Below are positions 1 through 7,875 of a stretch of DNA of 64,000 nt, piece by piece. Within the stretch, counting starts at the first letter, position 1. Every line of letters starts with the position of its first letter. Source of the stretch: Dehalococcoidia bacterium. GTDB lineage: Bacteria > Chloroflexota > Dehalococcoidia > Lucifugimonadales > UBA3495. The position numbers and the translations under genes were made by a program. The notes under the pieces were generated by a model. It was not told where the DNA came from. It made no database searches and worked only from the letters and a program-made list of their open reading frames with translations. The stretch lies in NCBI GenBank assembly GCA_965203435.1, contig CBDBCU010000003.1, positions 3,583 through 67,582 on the forward strand. Reading direction: 5' to 3'.

Positions 1-6
1 TTAGAT

Positions 7-180
7 ATGTTCAGGTTATTCGGCAAAAAGCGGCCGCAAGGGAAACCAGCTCACCAGAGGGGCGGGCGGCCGAAACCCAAGCGGTTGACGCCCGGAGCAG
101 TCAAGAAGTGGCAGCCCCCGGTCAAGGAGCCGCTTGAACCCGATACTCTGACGGTCAAAGCCGGTCATCCGGAAGGCTAG
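7..180 (+). CDS. small basic Lys/Pro-rich peptide, tandem paralogue 1 (57 aa)
   Basis: Hand translation (below the 60-aa ORF-track cutoff): ATG 7-9, TAG 178-180, MFRLFGKKRPQGKPAHQRGGRPKPKRLTPGAVKKWQPPVKEPLEPDTLTVKAGHPEG. Shares frame, length, N-terminus and KKWQPPVK core with the next two ORFs. Upstream SD is not visible because of the window edge. Confidence 0.5.
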   Translation: MFRLFGKKRPQGKPAHQRGGRPKPKRLTPGAVKKWQPPVKEPLEPDTLTVKAGHPEG

Positions 181-198
181 ACCGCAAGGGAGTACCCT

Positions 199-369
199 AT
201 GCTCGGGATCTTCGGCAAAAAGGGGCCGCAAGGAAAGCCATCCTACAAAAGGGGCGGGTATTCCAAACCGAGGCGGTTGCCGGGAGTAGCCAATAAGTGG
301 CAGCCCCCGGTTAAGGAGCCGCCGAAACCCGAGGCCCCGGCCGCCAAGACCGGCGACCCGGAAAGCTAG
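199..369 (+). CDS. small basic Lys/Pro-rich peptide, tandem paralogue 2 (56 aa)
   Basis: ATG 199, TAG 367-369, preceded by GCAAGGGAGTACCCT. MLGIFGKKGPQGKPSYKRGGYSKPRRLPGVANKWQPPVKEPPKPEAPAAKTGDPES. Frame is preserved relative to its paralogues despite many substitutions. Confidence 0.6.
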   Translation: MLGIFGKKGPQGKPSYKRGGYSKPRRLPGVANKWQPPVKEPPKPEAPAAKTGDPES

Positions 370-387
370 GCGGCAAAGGAGTTACCC

Positions 388-558
388 ATGCTCGGGATCT
401 TCGGCAAAAAGAAGCCGCAAGGCAAGCCTTGGCTGGAAAGGGGCGGGTATCCCAAACCGACCAAGCTGCCCGGCGCAGCCAAGAAGTGGCAGCCCCCGGT
501 TAAGCCGCCGCCGCAACCCCACGCCTCGGCCGCCAAGACCGGCGACCCGGAAAGCTAG
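388..558 (+). CDS. small basic Lys/Pro-rich peptide, tandem paralogue 3 (56 aa)
   Basis: ATG 388, TAG 556-558, preceded by GGCAAAGGAGTTACCC. MLGIFGKKKPQGKPWLERGGYPKPTKLPGAAKKWQPPVKPPPQPHASAAKTGDPES. Confidence 0.6.
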   Translation: MLGIFGKKKPQGKPWLERGGYPKPTKLPGAAKKWQPPVKPPPQPHASAAKTGDPES

Positions 559-575
559 GCGGCAAAGGAGTACCC

Positions 576-1892
576 GTGACCCAAATCAAAAGTTTCGGCA
601 CTATGGGCGTGGATTGGGAGGAGCGCGTTGACTTCGAGCGGCTCCGCACCCAGCGGCTGGCCCGGATCAAGAAACTGCTCAAAGCGTCGGAGTTGGGCGC
701 GTTGCTCACCTTCGATATGAACAACATCCGCTACCTGACCGCCACCATCATCGGTACTTGGGCGATGGACAAGCTGGTGCGCTTTTCCCTGCTGCCCCAA
801 GACGATGAGCCGATTTTGTGGGATTTCGGCTCGGCGGCGCGGCATCATCAGATTTACTGCCCCTGGCTGGGGGAACGCTCCCGGGCCGGCATTTCCACTT
901 TGCGCGGGGCTACGCCGCCCGAGGCTAACCTGGCCGAGGATGTAGCCCGGAAAATCCGCGTGGAACTGGAATTGCGCGGCCTGCATCAGGAACCGGTCGG
1001 CGTGGATGTGGTGGAGCCGGTAGTGCTGTTCGCCCTGCAAAAAGAGGGGTTGAATATAGTGGACGGCCAGCAGCTGATGCTGGAAGCCCGCCGCATCAAA
1101 ACCCAGGACGAAATTACCCTGCTGAACACCGCTTGCGCTATGGTGGACGCCGCCTATGATGCCCTGTATCTGGAACTGCGGGCCGGAGTGCGGGAAAATG
1201 ACGGCGTGGCCCTGGTCAACAAGGTGCTGTACGAATTGGGGTCGGAGTATGTGGAGGGCGTCAATGCCATTGGCGGGGAGCGCACCAGTCCGCACCCGCA
1301 CATCTATTCCGACCGCATCCTGCGCCCCGGCGACCAGGTCTATTTTGACATCCTGCACAGCTATATGGGCTATCGCACCTGCTACTACCGCACTTTGGCG
1401 ATTGGCAGCGCGTCCCAAGCGCAGATTGACGCTTATAAGAAGTGCCGGGAAATCCTGGACATTTCCATTGCCGCGGTAAAGCCGGGCATCACTACCGCCG
1501 ACATCGTTAAGCACTGGCCCAAGGCTACCGAGTTCGGCTTTGCCAACGAGGAAGCGGCCTTTGCCCTGCAATACGGCCACGGCGTGGGGCTGAACATTTG
1601 GGAAGCGCCCATTTTCAGCCGCCTCTTTTCCCTGGAACATCCCCAGCCCATTGAGGAGGGGATGGTGTTCGCCCTGGAAACTTTCTGGCCGGCCGCCGAT
1701 GGCTGGTCGGCGGCGCGGATTGAGGAGGAAGTGGTAGTTACCAAAGAGGGGCCGCAGGTGATTACCAAGTTTCCGGCCGAGGAATTGATTGTAGCTGGCG
1801 TGAAATACTACGCCGCTACCGGCCCGCTGCCGGCTACCCGGGATGCCCAATCTCACCGCAACAACCCCTTGCCGGCCGGCCATTCCGTTTGA
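576..1892 (+). CDS. M24-family (creatinase/prolidase fold) hydrolase-like protein
   Basis: 438-aa ORF. GTG start lies 17 nt after the preceding stop, behind GGCAAAGGAGTACCC. Pita-bread motifs seen by eye: GDQVYFD, GYRTCYYRT, YGHGVGLNIWE, ALETFW, RIEEEVVVT. Confidence 0.85.
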   Translation: MTQIKSFGTMGVDWEERVDFERLRTQRLARIKKLLKASELGALLTFDMNNIRYLTATIIGTWAMDKLVRFSLLPQDDEPILWDFGSAARHHQIYCPWLGERSRAGISTLRGATPPEANLAEDVARKIRVELELRGLHQEPVGVDVVEPVVLFALQKEGLNIVDGQQLMLEARRIKTQDEITLLNTACAMVDAAYDALYLELRAGVRENDGVALVNKVLYELGSEYVEGVNAIGGERTSPHPHIYSDRILRPGDQVYFDILHSYMGYRTCYYRTLAIGSASQAQIDAYKKCREILDISIAAVKPGITTADIVKHWPKATEFGFANEEAAFALQYGHGVGLNIWEAPIFSRLFSLEHPQPIEEGMVFALETFWPAADGWSAARIEEEVVVTKEGPQVITKFPAEELIVAGVKYYAATGPLPATRDAQSHRNNPLPAGHSV

Positions 1893-1922
1893 GAAATGGG
1901 CCGGGCGCATCTCTGAACAGCG

Positions 1923-1952
1923 GGGCGGGTTGCACAACCCGCCCTTGCTTTT
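1923..1952 (+). terminator. putative intrinsic terminator after the M24 gene
   Basis: GGGCGGGTTG/CAACCCGCCC stem followed by TTGCTTTT. Confidence 0.5.
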
Positions 1953-1973
1953 GATACTCCCGGCTACAGGCTA

Positions 1974-2006
1974 TTCATCCTGCAACAAGTTCCGGATGAG
2001 CGGAAA
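1974..2006. repeat. REP-A unit (CAACAAGTTC[A/C]GGATGAGCGG family)
   Basis: TTCATCCTGCAACAAGTTCCGGATGAGCGGAA. The same motif recurs in more than 10 intergenic sites of this window. Confidence 0.8.
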
Positions 2007-2037
2007 CCGCTGACGCAAACCGGGTTGGCGCCGTCCC

Positions 2038-2991
2038 CTACGGCTTGTCCGGCGGTTCCGACATTCCCAGCAGGATGTCCTCCAGGGTCCGATCCAGGGC
2101 CGGATCCAGTTCCACCGGCTCCACATAGGGGATGACATTGTAGTCGGAGCGCACCTGCTCGATGATGCGGCGGGCTTCGGCGTTGTTTTCGGCGATGCGG
2201 GCCAGGTTCGATTCCAGTTCCCGGGATTCGGTCTCGCCCAGGGCCTGCAACTCGCTCAGGTCAATATCCAGCTTGAACATGGCCTTGAGCCGGCGCATTA
2301 TGTCGTAAAAGGAGCGGTGGTCGCGGAAAATGCCCAGCTGCTCGTTGTTGGAAACGACAAAGGGATACATCGGGGCCATCGCCCCCAGGCGGAACATCTG
2401 CACTTCCGGGTACTCGAAATGGGCCAGGGAGACCATCGCCATACCGATGGTCGGCCCCCGGCGGCCCTCGGTGCCGCGGCTGGACAGGATTAACCCGTGG
2501 CGTTCCAGGGTGTCTTTCATTTCCGGGCGGCTATAGACGCAGTTGATGCGGCGTTCCAAATCCGGCGGAGCCGGGCCGTTGACGCCCTCCACGGCCACCG
2601 TTTGCTTGACGCCCAACTCCCGGACGGCTTGAAAGAAACCGGCGCCGTACAGGTCGATGCGGCTCCAGGGTTCCTCGCCCAGGAAAATAATCAGCCCGTT
2701 GCCGGCGTCATAAAAGTCGTTCTCCCGGGTCATGGGGCTGGCCGGCAGCCCTTCCTGAAAGGCGGCCGCCGGGCGGAAAGTGTCGTGGGTGCCGGCCACC
2801 TGAAAGGGATAGCACAGGGTGGCAATGCGGTCGCCCAGGTTGCCGATGGGCCGCGCCCCCAGTTTCTCAATCAGATAGCGGGGCAGGCCGCTGGAAATGC
2901 GGCCGCCATTCGACCACTGCCGCCGCCAGCCGGCAATCAGATACTCGGCTTCCGGTTTTTCGTGGAGGATTAACAGTTCATCCGTCATCAA
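2038..2991 (-). CDS. PAC2-family (proteasome assembly chaperone 2-like) protein
   Basis: 317-aa ORF. N-terminal YLIAGWRRQWSNGG pattern and overall layout resemble bacterial PAC2/PF09754 proteins. Recognised from memory only. Confidence 0.6.
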   Translation of the reverse strand: MMTDELLILHEKPEAEYLIAGWRRQWSNGGRISSGLPRYLIEKLGARPIGNLGDRIATLCYPFQVAGTHDTFRPAAAFQEGLPASPMTRENDFYDAGNGLIIFLGEEPWSRIDLYGAGFFQAVRELGVKQTVAVEGVNGPAPPDLERRINCVYSRPEMKDTLERHGLILSSRGTEGRRGPTIGMAMVSLAHFEYPEVQMFRLGAMAPMYPFVVSNNEQLGIFRDHRSFYDIMRRLKAMFKLDIDLSELQALGETESRELESNLARIAENNAEARRIIEQVRSDYNVIPYVEPVELDPALDRTLEDILLGMSEPPDKP

Positions 2992-3171
2992 GGGTTCCTC
3001 CGCAGCGTTACTTTTCCCGGTTTCCGTCTCTATTATAACAGGATGGGCAAAGGCGGGGGCTAGGGAAAAAGGAACGGAATTCGGGGATATTGACCCAACC
3101 GGCTTTGGGAATTAGCCGCTTAGGGCCGTATTGCTTTCCGGCGGCCGCCGCAAGGATGGCATAGCGTAGCA

Positions 3172-5304
3172 TCACGGCCCGGCGGCCGGGCTTTCCGCCG
3201 CCGGCTCGGCGGCCAAGACCGCCGCCAGGGTTAAGACCGGCTGATTGAGGGCCAGCACATACATTTCCCCGGCGGCGTCAACGCCAAAGGACAGGATTTC
3301 AATATCGGCGGTTGCCAGTAGTTGCCGCGTCCCGCCGGCGGCGGCATCCGGCGTCAAGGCCCAGATGCGGCCACTGCAAAAATCGCCAAAGATATAAGTA
3401 CCGACCCGTTGCGGCAAAGCCGCCCCCTGATACTGACCGCCCCAGATGATGGCGCAACCCTCCTCCTGAGTATAGGTAACTAGCGGCGGCGTAGCGGCGG
3501 TCAAGGCGGCGCACCGGGATGGCTCCCCATAACAAAGATTGCCCTCAAAGACCGGCCATCCCAGGTTGGCCCCGGCGGTGACAATAGATATTTCCTCCGC
3601 GCCCTTATCGCCCACATCGCCCACCCACAACCGGCCGTCCGCGTCAAAGGACATCCGCCAGGGATTCCGCAAGCCGTAGGCCCAGATTTCCGGCCGGGCC
3701 GCCGGCACTGCCAACATAGGATTGTCCGCCGGTATAGTGTAGGGCTGTTCCGGGGCGGCGCCGCGCACATCGATGCGGATTATCTTGCCGCGGAGGCTGG
3801 CAAGATTTTGAGCATCCTCCGGGAAAAATATGTTTTCGCCAATCCCCAGATACAGCAAATCGTCCGGGCCGAAGCGGATAGCCCCGCCATAGTGGGCATA
3901 ATTCGGCATCGGCTGTTCCAGGATAACCAACTCTCCGGCCTTGTCGACTTGGCCGTTGGCTACCGGGAAACGGGACAGGCGGGCTTTCCGGGGGTCAGCG
4001 CGGATGGTGTAATAGACATAGAGAAAGGGAAAACGGTCAAAATCCGGATCCAAGGCGGCGCTGAGCATACCGTTTTCGGTCGTGGAGGAGTCCGTGCGGT
4101 CGGTCAAGTCCAGGAGCGGCGGCTTGGCCCCCGCGGCGCACGGGGACTGGTCATCAGCAAGACACCGGGCCAGGGTACCCTCCCGCTGTACCACCGCCAA
4201 GCCGCCGCCGGGCCAGGAAAGCAACTCTACCGGCTGCCGGATTTCCACTACCGCGCCGACGCGAAAGGTCAGTTCCGGCAGTAGTTGCGGCGTAGCGGAA
4301 CCCGATTCGTAACGCCAGCAGGTCGGATAGCCGCCGGGTTGCAGGGCGCAGAAAGTATCCCACCCGCCGCTGATAGCCGTGAAATTTCCCGCCGGCTCCC
4401 CCAATTCCGCGCCGAAACCGCCGCCCCAACATTCCAAACCGCCCTCGGGACGCAAGCCGCAGGTATGCAATTCCCCGGCGGCGATTTGCGTAAAAACTCC
4501 CGGCGGCGGGCTAGACTGGCCGGCGGCATCATCCCCTTGACACCAAGCCGCGCCCTCCGGCCGCAAAGCGCAAGTGTTGCGGATACCCAGGGCTAGGGAT
4601 TGAAAGGGGCCGCTGTGGCTATCAGCTTGGCCCAAGTCATTTTTCCCCCAGCACCGCAAAGCGCCGTTGGCGGTCAGGCCGCAGCCGTGGACGCCGCCGG
4701 CGGCGATGGCGGTAAAGACGGCGTCGGCCGGCGGCGCGGTTCGTCCGTCCCAATCCCAGCCCCAGCAATGGGCATAGCCGGCGGTATCCAGGGCGCAGGC
4801 GTGCTGTTTCCCGGCGTCCACTTGGGTAAATTGTCCCGGCGGCGGCGCATTTTTGCCATATTCGGCGGATCCCCAGCACGTAATAGTTCCATCCAAACCC
4901 AAGCCGCAAGCATATTCCTGCCCGACGGTTACCTGCTGGAACCGGGCGGCGGCCAGCAGCATGGTCGGGCGCAGATGATAGTCGTTGCCCTGGCAAACCA
5001 CCCGGCCGCTTTCCCGCAAACCGCATTGGCCGTCTCGGCCAATCCCTATTTGCGTCAAGGGGGTTAACCCGGCCGGCGGCGGCGCGGCGGCGATCGGGTC
5101 GGCAATGGCGGGAGATGGGGTCGGCGCAACCGGCGCGCGGTTGGCACAAGCCCCGCTGAAAGCCAAAGAGACAACCAAGGCGGTCAAACTCAAGGCAAGG
5201 AATCGGGTAAGGGATAGCCGTTCCGGTCGGAAAGGCATCCGGTTGCGGCCGGAGCATATCCGAAACCAGGATTTCAGCAGCGACCGGCAACGGGCAAATT
5301 TCAT
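3172..5304 (-). CDS. lipoprotein: RCC1-like Cys-paired repeats fused to PQQ-dependent sugar (sorbosone/glucose) dehydrogenase-like beta-propeller
   Basis: Repeats of type CGL..G...CWG in the N-half. C-half has LSAALDPDF, GGAIRFGPDDLLYLGIGE, LRGKIIRIDV, IPADNP, AYGLRNPWRMSFD and GANLGWPVFEG. Start is set at ATG 5304 (MKFARC...LAFSGACAN lipobox-like) because the track's longer ORF overlaps the upstream paralogue. Confidence 0.8.
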   Translation of the reverse strand: MKFARCRSLLKSWFRICSGRNRMPFRPERLSLTRFLALSLTALVVSLAFSGACANRAPVAPTPSPAIADPIAAAPPPAGLTPLTQIGIGRDGQCGLRESGRVVCQGNDYHLRPTMLLAAARFQQVTVGQEYACGLGLDGTITCWGSAEYGKNAPPPGQFTQVDAGKQHACALDTAGYAHCWGWDWDGRTAPPADAVFTAIAAGGVHGCGLTANGALRCWGKNDLGQADSHSGPFQSLALGIRNTCALRPEGAAWCQGDDAAGQSSPPPGVFTQIAAGELHTCGLRPEGGLECWGGGFGAELGEPAGNFTAISGGWDTFCALQPGGYPTCWRYESGSATPQLLPELTFRVGAVVEIRQPVELLSWPGGGLAVVQREGTLARCLADDQSPCAAGAKPPLLDLTDRTDSSTTENGMLSAALDPDFDRFPFLYVYYTIRADPRKARLSRFPVANGQVDKAGELVILEQPMPNYAHYGGAIRFGPDDLLYLGIGENIFFPEDAQNLASLRGKIIRIDVRGAAPEQPYTIPADNPMLAVPAARPEIWAYGLRNPWRMSFDADGRLWVGDVGDKGAEEISIVTAGANLGWPVFEGNLCYGEPSRCAALTAATPPLVTYTQEEGCAIIWGGQYQGAALPQRVGTYIFGDFCSGRIWALTPDAAAGGTRQLLATADIEILSFGVDAAGEMYVLALNQPVLTLAAVLAAEPAAESPAAGP

Positions 5305-5368
5305 ATCAGCTCCAAGACCGGCGGCAAGTTCCTCAGCCGGGACGGGCAAGTTCAGCGGCGGCCGGCGG

Positions 5369-7627
5369 TTACGGCCCGGCCGCCGGGCTTTCCGCCGCCG
5401 GTTCGGCGGATAAAAGGGACGCCAGGGGCAAGGGCGGCTGATTGAGGGAAAGGGCATACATTTCCCCGGCGGCGTCCGCGCCGAAAGCCAGGAGGGGACT
5501 GCCCACGGTTGCCGCCAGCCGCCGCGACCAACCGCTTTCCCCCTCCGGCGTCAAAGCCCAGATACGGCCGCTGCAATAGTCGCCAAAGATATAATCCCCG
5601 GCCCGTTGCGGCAAAGCAACGCCCTGATACTGCCCGCCCCAAATGATGGCGCAGCCCTCCTCCCGGCCATAGGATACTACCGGCGGCGCATAGTCGGACA
5701 GGGCGGCGCAGCGTTGTTCCCCCCAATGGCAGCGGTGATTGCCCTCCCAAGCCGGCCAGCCCAGATTGGCCCCGGCTGTTGCGATAGATACTTCCTCGGC
5801 ATCCGTGGAGCCGACATCGCCCACCCACAAGCGGCCGGCGGCGTCAAAGGACATCCGCCAAGGATTCCGCAAGCCGTAGGCCCAGATTTCCGGCCGCGCG
5901 CCCGGCGTGGTCAACATAGGGTTATCCGCCGGAATCTGATAGGGCTGTTCCGGCGTGGCGCCGCGTACAGCAATGCGGATTATTTTGCCGCGCAGACTGC
6001 CCAAGTCTTGGGCTTCCGCGGCAACTCGGTTTTCCCCAAGGCCCAAATACAGCATACCATCCGGGCCGAAGCGGATGGCCCCGCCAAACTGCCAAATATC
6101 CGGCATCGGCAGTTCCAGAATAACCAATTCCGCCGCCGGGTCGACCGGGCCATCGGCTACCGGAAAGCGGGATAAGCGGACTTTCCGGGGGTCAGATTGC
6201 GCGGTGTAATAAACATAGAGAAAGGGATGGCGGTCAAAATCCGGATCCAGGGCGGCGCTGAGCATACCGCTTTCGCCGGTGGAAAAATCCGTATGGTCGG
6301 TCAAGTCCAGGAGCGGCGGCTGATTGTCCCGGGCGCAAGGGTCGTCGCCGCGGCGCTGGCATAAGAGAATAAGCCCTTCCCGTTCCACCACGGCCAAGCC
6401 GCCGGCGGGCCAGGGGAACAGTTCTACCGGCCATTCCAGAGCCGCCGGCCTAACTTCATCGGAAAAATCGGCTATGGGATCCGCCGCCGGCTGGGGGGAA
6501 TCCGGCAGATAATGCCAACACAGGGGATAGCCGCCGTCGGTCAAAGCGCAGAAAACATCTATATTAACCCGCGGCTCCGCGCAACCGGCGGCATCGTGGC
6601 CCGCGGCGCAAAAAGTATCCCAGCTGCCGCTAATCGCGGTGAACACTCCCTCCGGCTCCGCCAGTTCTGCGCCAAAGCCGCCGCCCCAACATTCCAGCTG
6701 GCCCCCGGGCCGCAAACCGCAGGCGCGCCTTTCTCCGGCAGCGATTTGCGTAAAAGCGCCGGGCGGCGGGTTGGATTGGCCGGCGGCGTTGTCCCCCTGA
6801 CACCAAGCCGTGCCATTCCGCCGCAAAGCGCAGGTATTCCGCAGGCCCAAAGTCAGGGATTGAAAGGGGCCGGCGTGGTTATCGGCCTCGCCCCGGGTAT
6901 TTTTGCCCCAGCAATGCAACCGGCCGGCGGCGGTCAGGCCGCAGCTGTGGACGCCGCCGGCGGCGATGGTGGTAAAGGCAATGCCGGCCGGCGGCGTGGC
7001 CCGGCCGTCCTCATTCCAACCCCAGCATTGGGCATAGCCGGCGGTATCCAGGGCGCAGGCGTGCTGTTTCCCGGCAGACACCGCAGTAAATTGTCCCGGC
7101 GGCGGCGTGGTTCGCTTATGCCGCTCCTCCGATCCCCAGCAGGCAATTGTTCCGTCCCGGCGCAGGCCGCAGGCGAATTCCTGGCCGACGGTTACTTGCC
7201 GGAAGGGGACATCCGCAAGCAGCATTGGCAAGCGCAGATGATAGTGGCTGACCCGGCAAACTATCCGGCCCTCCTCTTGCAAGCCGCAGCGACCGCCCAA
7301 GCCTACCGCTAGCTGGACAAAGGGGATTGAACCGGCCAGCAGCGGGGCGGCGGCCGGTACGACAACGGACGGCGGCGGCGTAGCGGTGGGGACGGCAGTA
7401 GGGTCCGCAGTAGCCGGCAAGGGTAGGGATGTAGGGGCGGCCGTGGCGGTAGGTTGGGGCGGCGCAACCGGCGTACTGAGCGTACTGTTGGCACAAGCCC
7501 CGCTAAAGGCCATAGCCAGAACCAGGGCGGTCAAAGCCAAGGCAAAGGCTCGGCTGCGGGACAACCGTTCCGGTTGGGGGGACAGGGTTTTAGGGTCGGG
7601 CCGGATTCCAAACAAGCGTTTCAGCAT
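5369..7627 (-). CDS. paralogue of the preceding RCC1-like/PQQ-sugar-dehydrogenase-like lipoprotein
   Basis: 752 aa with the same architecture and long collinear identical stretches (AYGLRNPWRMSFDA.GRLWVGDVG, CAIIWGGQYQG.ALPQR.G.YIFGD.CSGRIWALTP). Signal/lipobox is LAMAFSGACAN. Confidence 0.8.
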   Translation of the reverse strand: MLKRLFGIRPDPKTLSPQPERLSRSRAFALALTALVLAMAFSGACANSTLSTPVAPPQPTATAAPTSLPLPATADPTAVPTATPPPSVVVPAAAPLLAGSIPFVQLAVGLGGRCGLQEEGRIVCRVSHYHLRLPMLLADVPFRQVTVGQEFACGLRRDGTIACWGSEERHKRTTPPPGQFTAVSAGKQHACALDTAGYAQCWGWNEDGRATPPAGIAFTTIAAGGVHSCGLTAAGRLHCWGKNTRGEADNHAGPFQSLTLGLRNTCALRRNGTAWCQGDNAAGQSNPPPGAFTQIAAGERRACGLRPGGQLECWGGGFGAELAEPEGVFTAISGSWDTFCAAGHDAAGCAEPRVNIDVFCALTDGGYPLCWHYLPDSPQPAADPIADFSDEVRPAALEWPVELFPWPAGGLAVVEREGLILLCQRRGDDPCARDNQPPLLDLTDHTDFSTGESGMLSAALDPDFDRHPFLYVYYTAQSDPRKVRLSRFPVADGPVDPAAELVILELPMPDIWQFGGAIRFGPDGMLYLGLGENRVAAEAQDLGSLRGKIIRIAVRGATPEQPYQIPADNPMLTTPGARPEIWAYGLRNPWRMSFDAAGRLWVGDVGSTDAEEVSIATAGANLGWPAWEGNHRCHWGEQRCAALSDYAPPVVSYGREEGCAIIWGGQYQGVALPQRAGDYIFGDYCSGRIWALTPEGESGWSRRLAATVGSPLLAFGADAAGEMYALSLNQPPLPLASLLSAEPAAESPAAGP

Positions 7628-7731
7628 AGACCGGCAACCGACGAACTCCCATCCCGATTTAAGGCAGATTATATGTTACCTAATCGGGGCGGTCAAGGGC
7701 GGCGGTAATGGGCCTTTTGCTGGCAAATGTA

Positions 7732-7766
7732 TCCATCCTTCAACAAGTTCAGGATGAGCGGATAAA
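7732..7766. repeat. REP-A unit
   Basis: ATCCATCCTTCAACAAGTTCAGGATGAGCGGATAA. Confidence 0.8.
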
Positions 7767-7795
7767 TACTAAAAGACCGGGAGATGGCAACCGCC

Positions 7796-7824
7796 TTGAC
7801 CGGCCAACCCATCCCGGCTACAAT
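7796..7824 (+). promoter_or_regulatory. candidate sigma70-type promoter for the TPP-enzyme gene
   Basis: TTGACC, 17 nt, TACAAT, about 50 nt upstream of ATG 7876. Confidence 0.4.
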
Positions 7825-7875
7825 CACCCTTAACTTTTGCCCTAATCCCCTAACCTTGCAAGGAAAAGTGAACTT

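Noticed and set aside
555-1937. 460-aa minus-strand ORF antisense to the M24 gene. Similar long antisense ORFs lie at 8284-9321, 11388-12968, 14020-15096, 15178-16332, 17260-18234, 20960-22585, 24542-25540, 27536-28843, 33488-34465, 39424-40332, 44580-45875, 48885-49922, 58843-60372, 60461-61738 and 62519-63400.
   Set aside because: Each lies opposite an ORF with clear family motifs. Their translations are Arg/Gly/Pro/Gln-rich low-complexity strings, typical of shadow frames in high-G+C DNA. None has SD/start support.
3172-5457. 761-aa version of the first RCC1-like/SGDH ORF.
   Set aside because: The 5' extension overlaps the stop region of the upstream paralogue and encodes an Arg/Pro-rich string. 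By analogy with the paralogue's N-terminus, the start at 5304 precedes the signal/lipobox.
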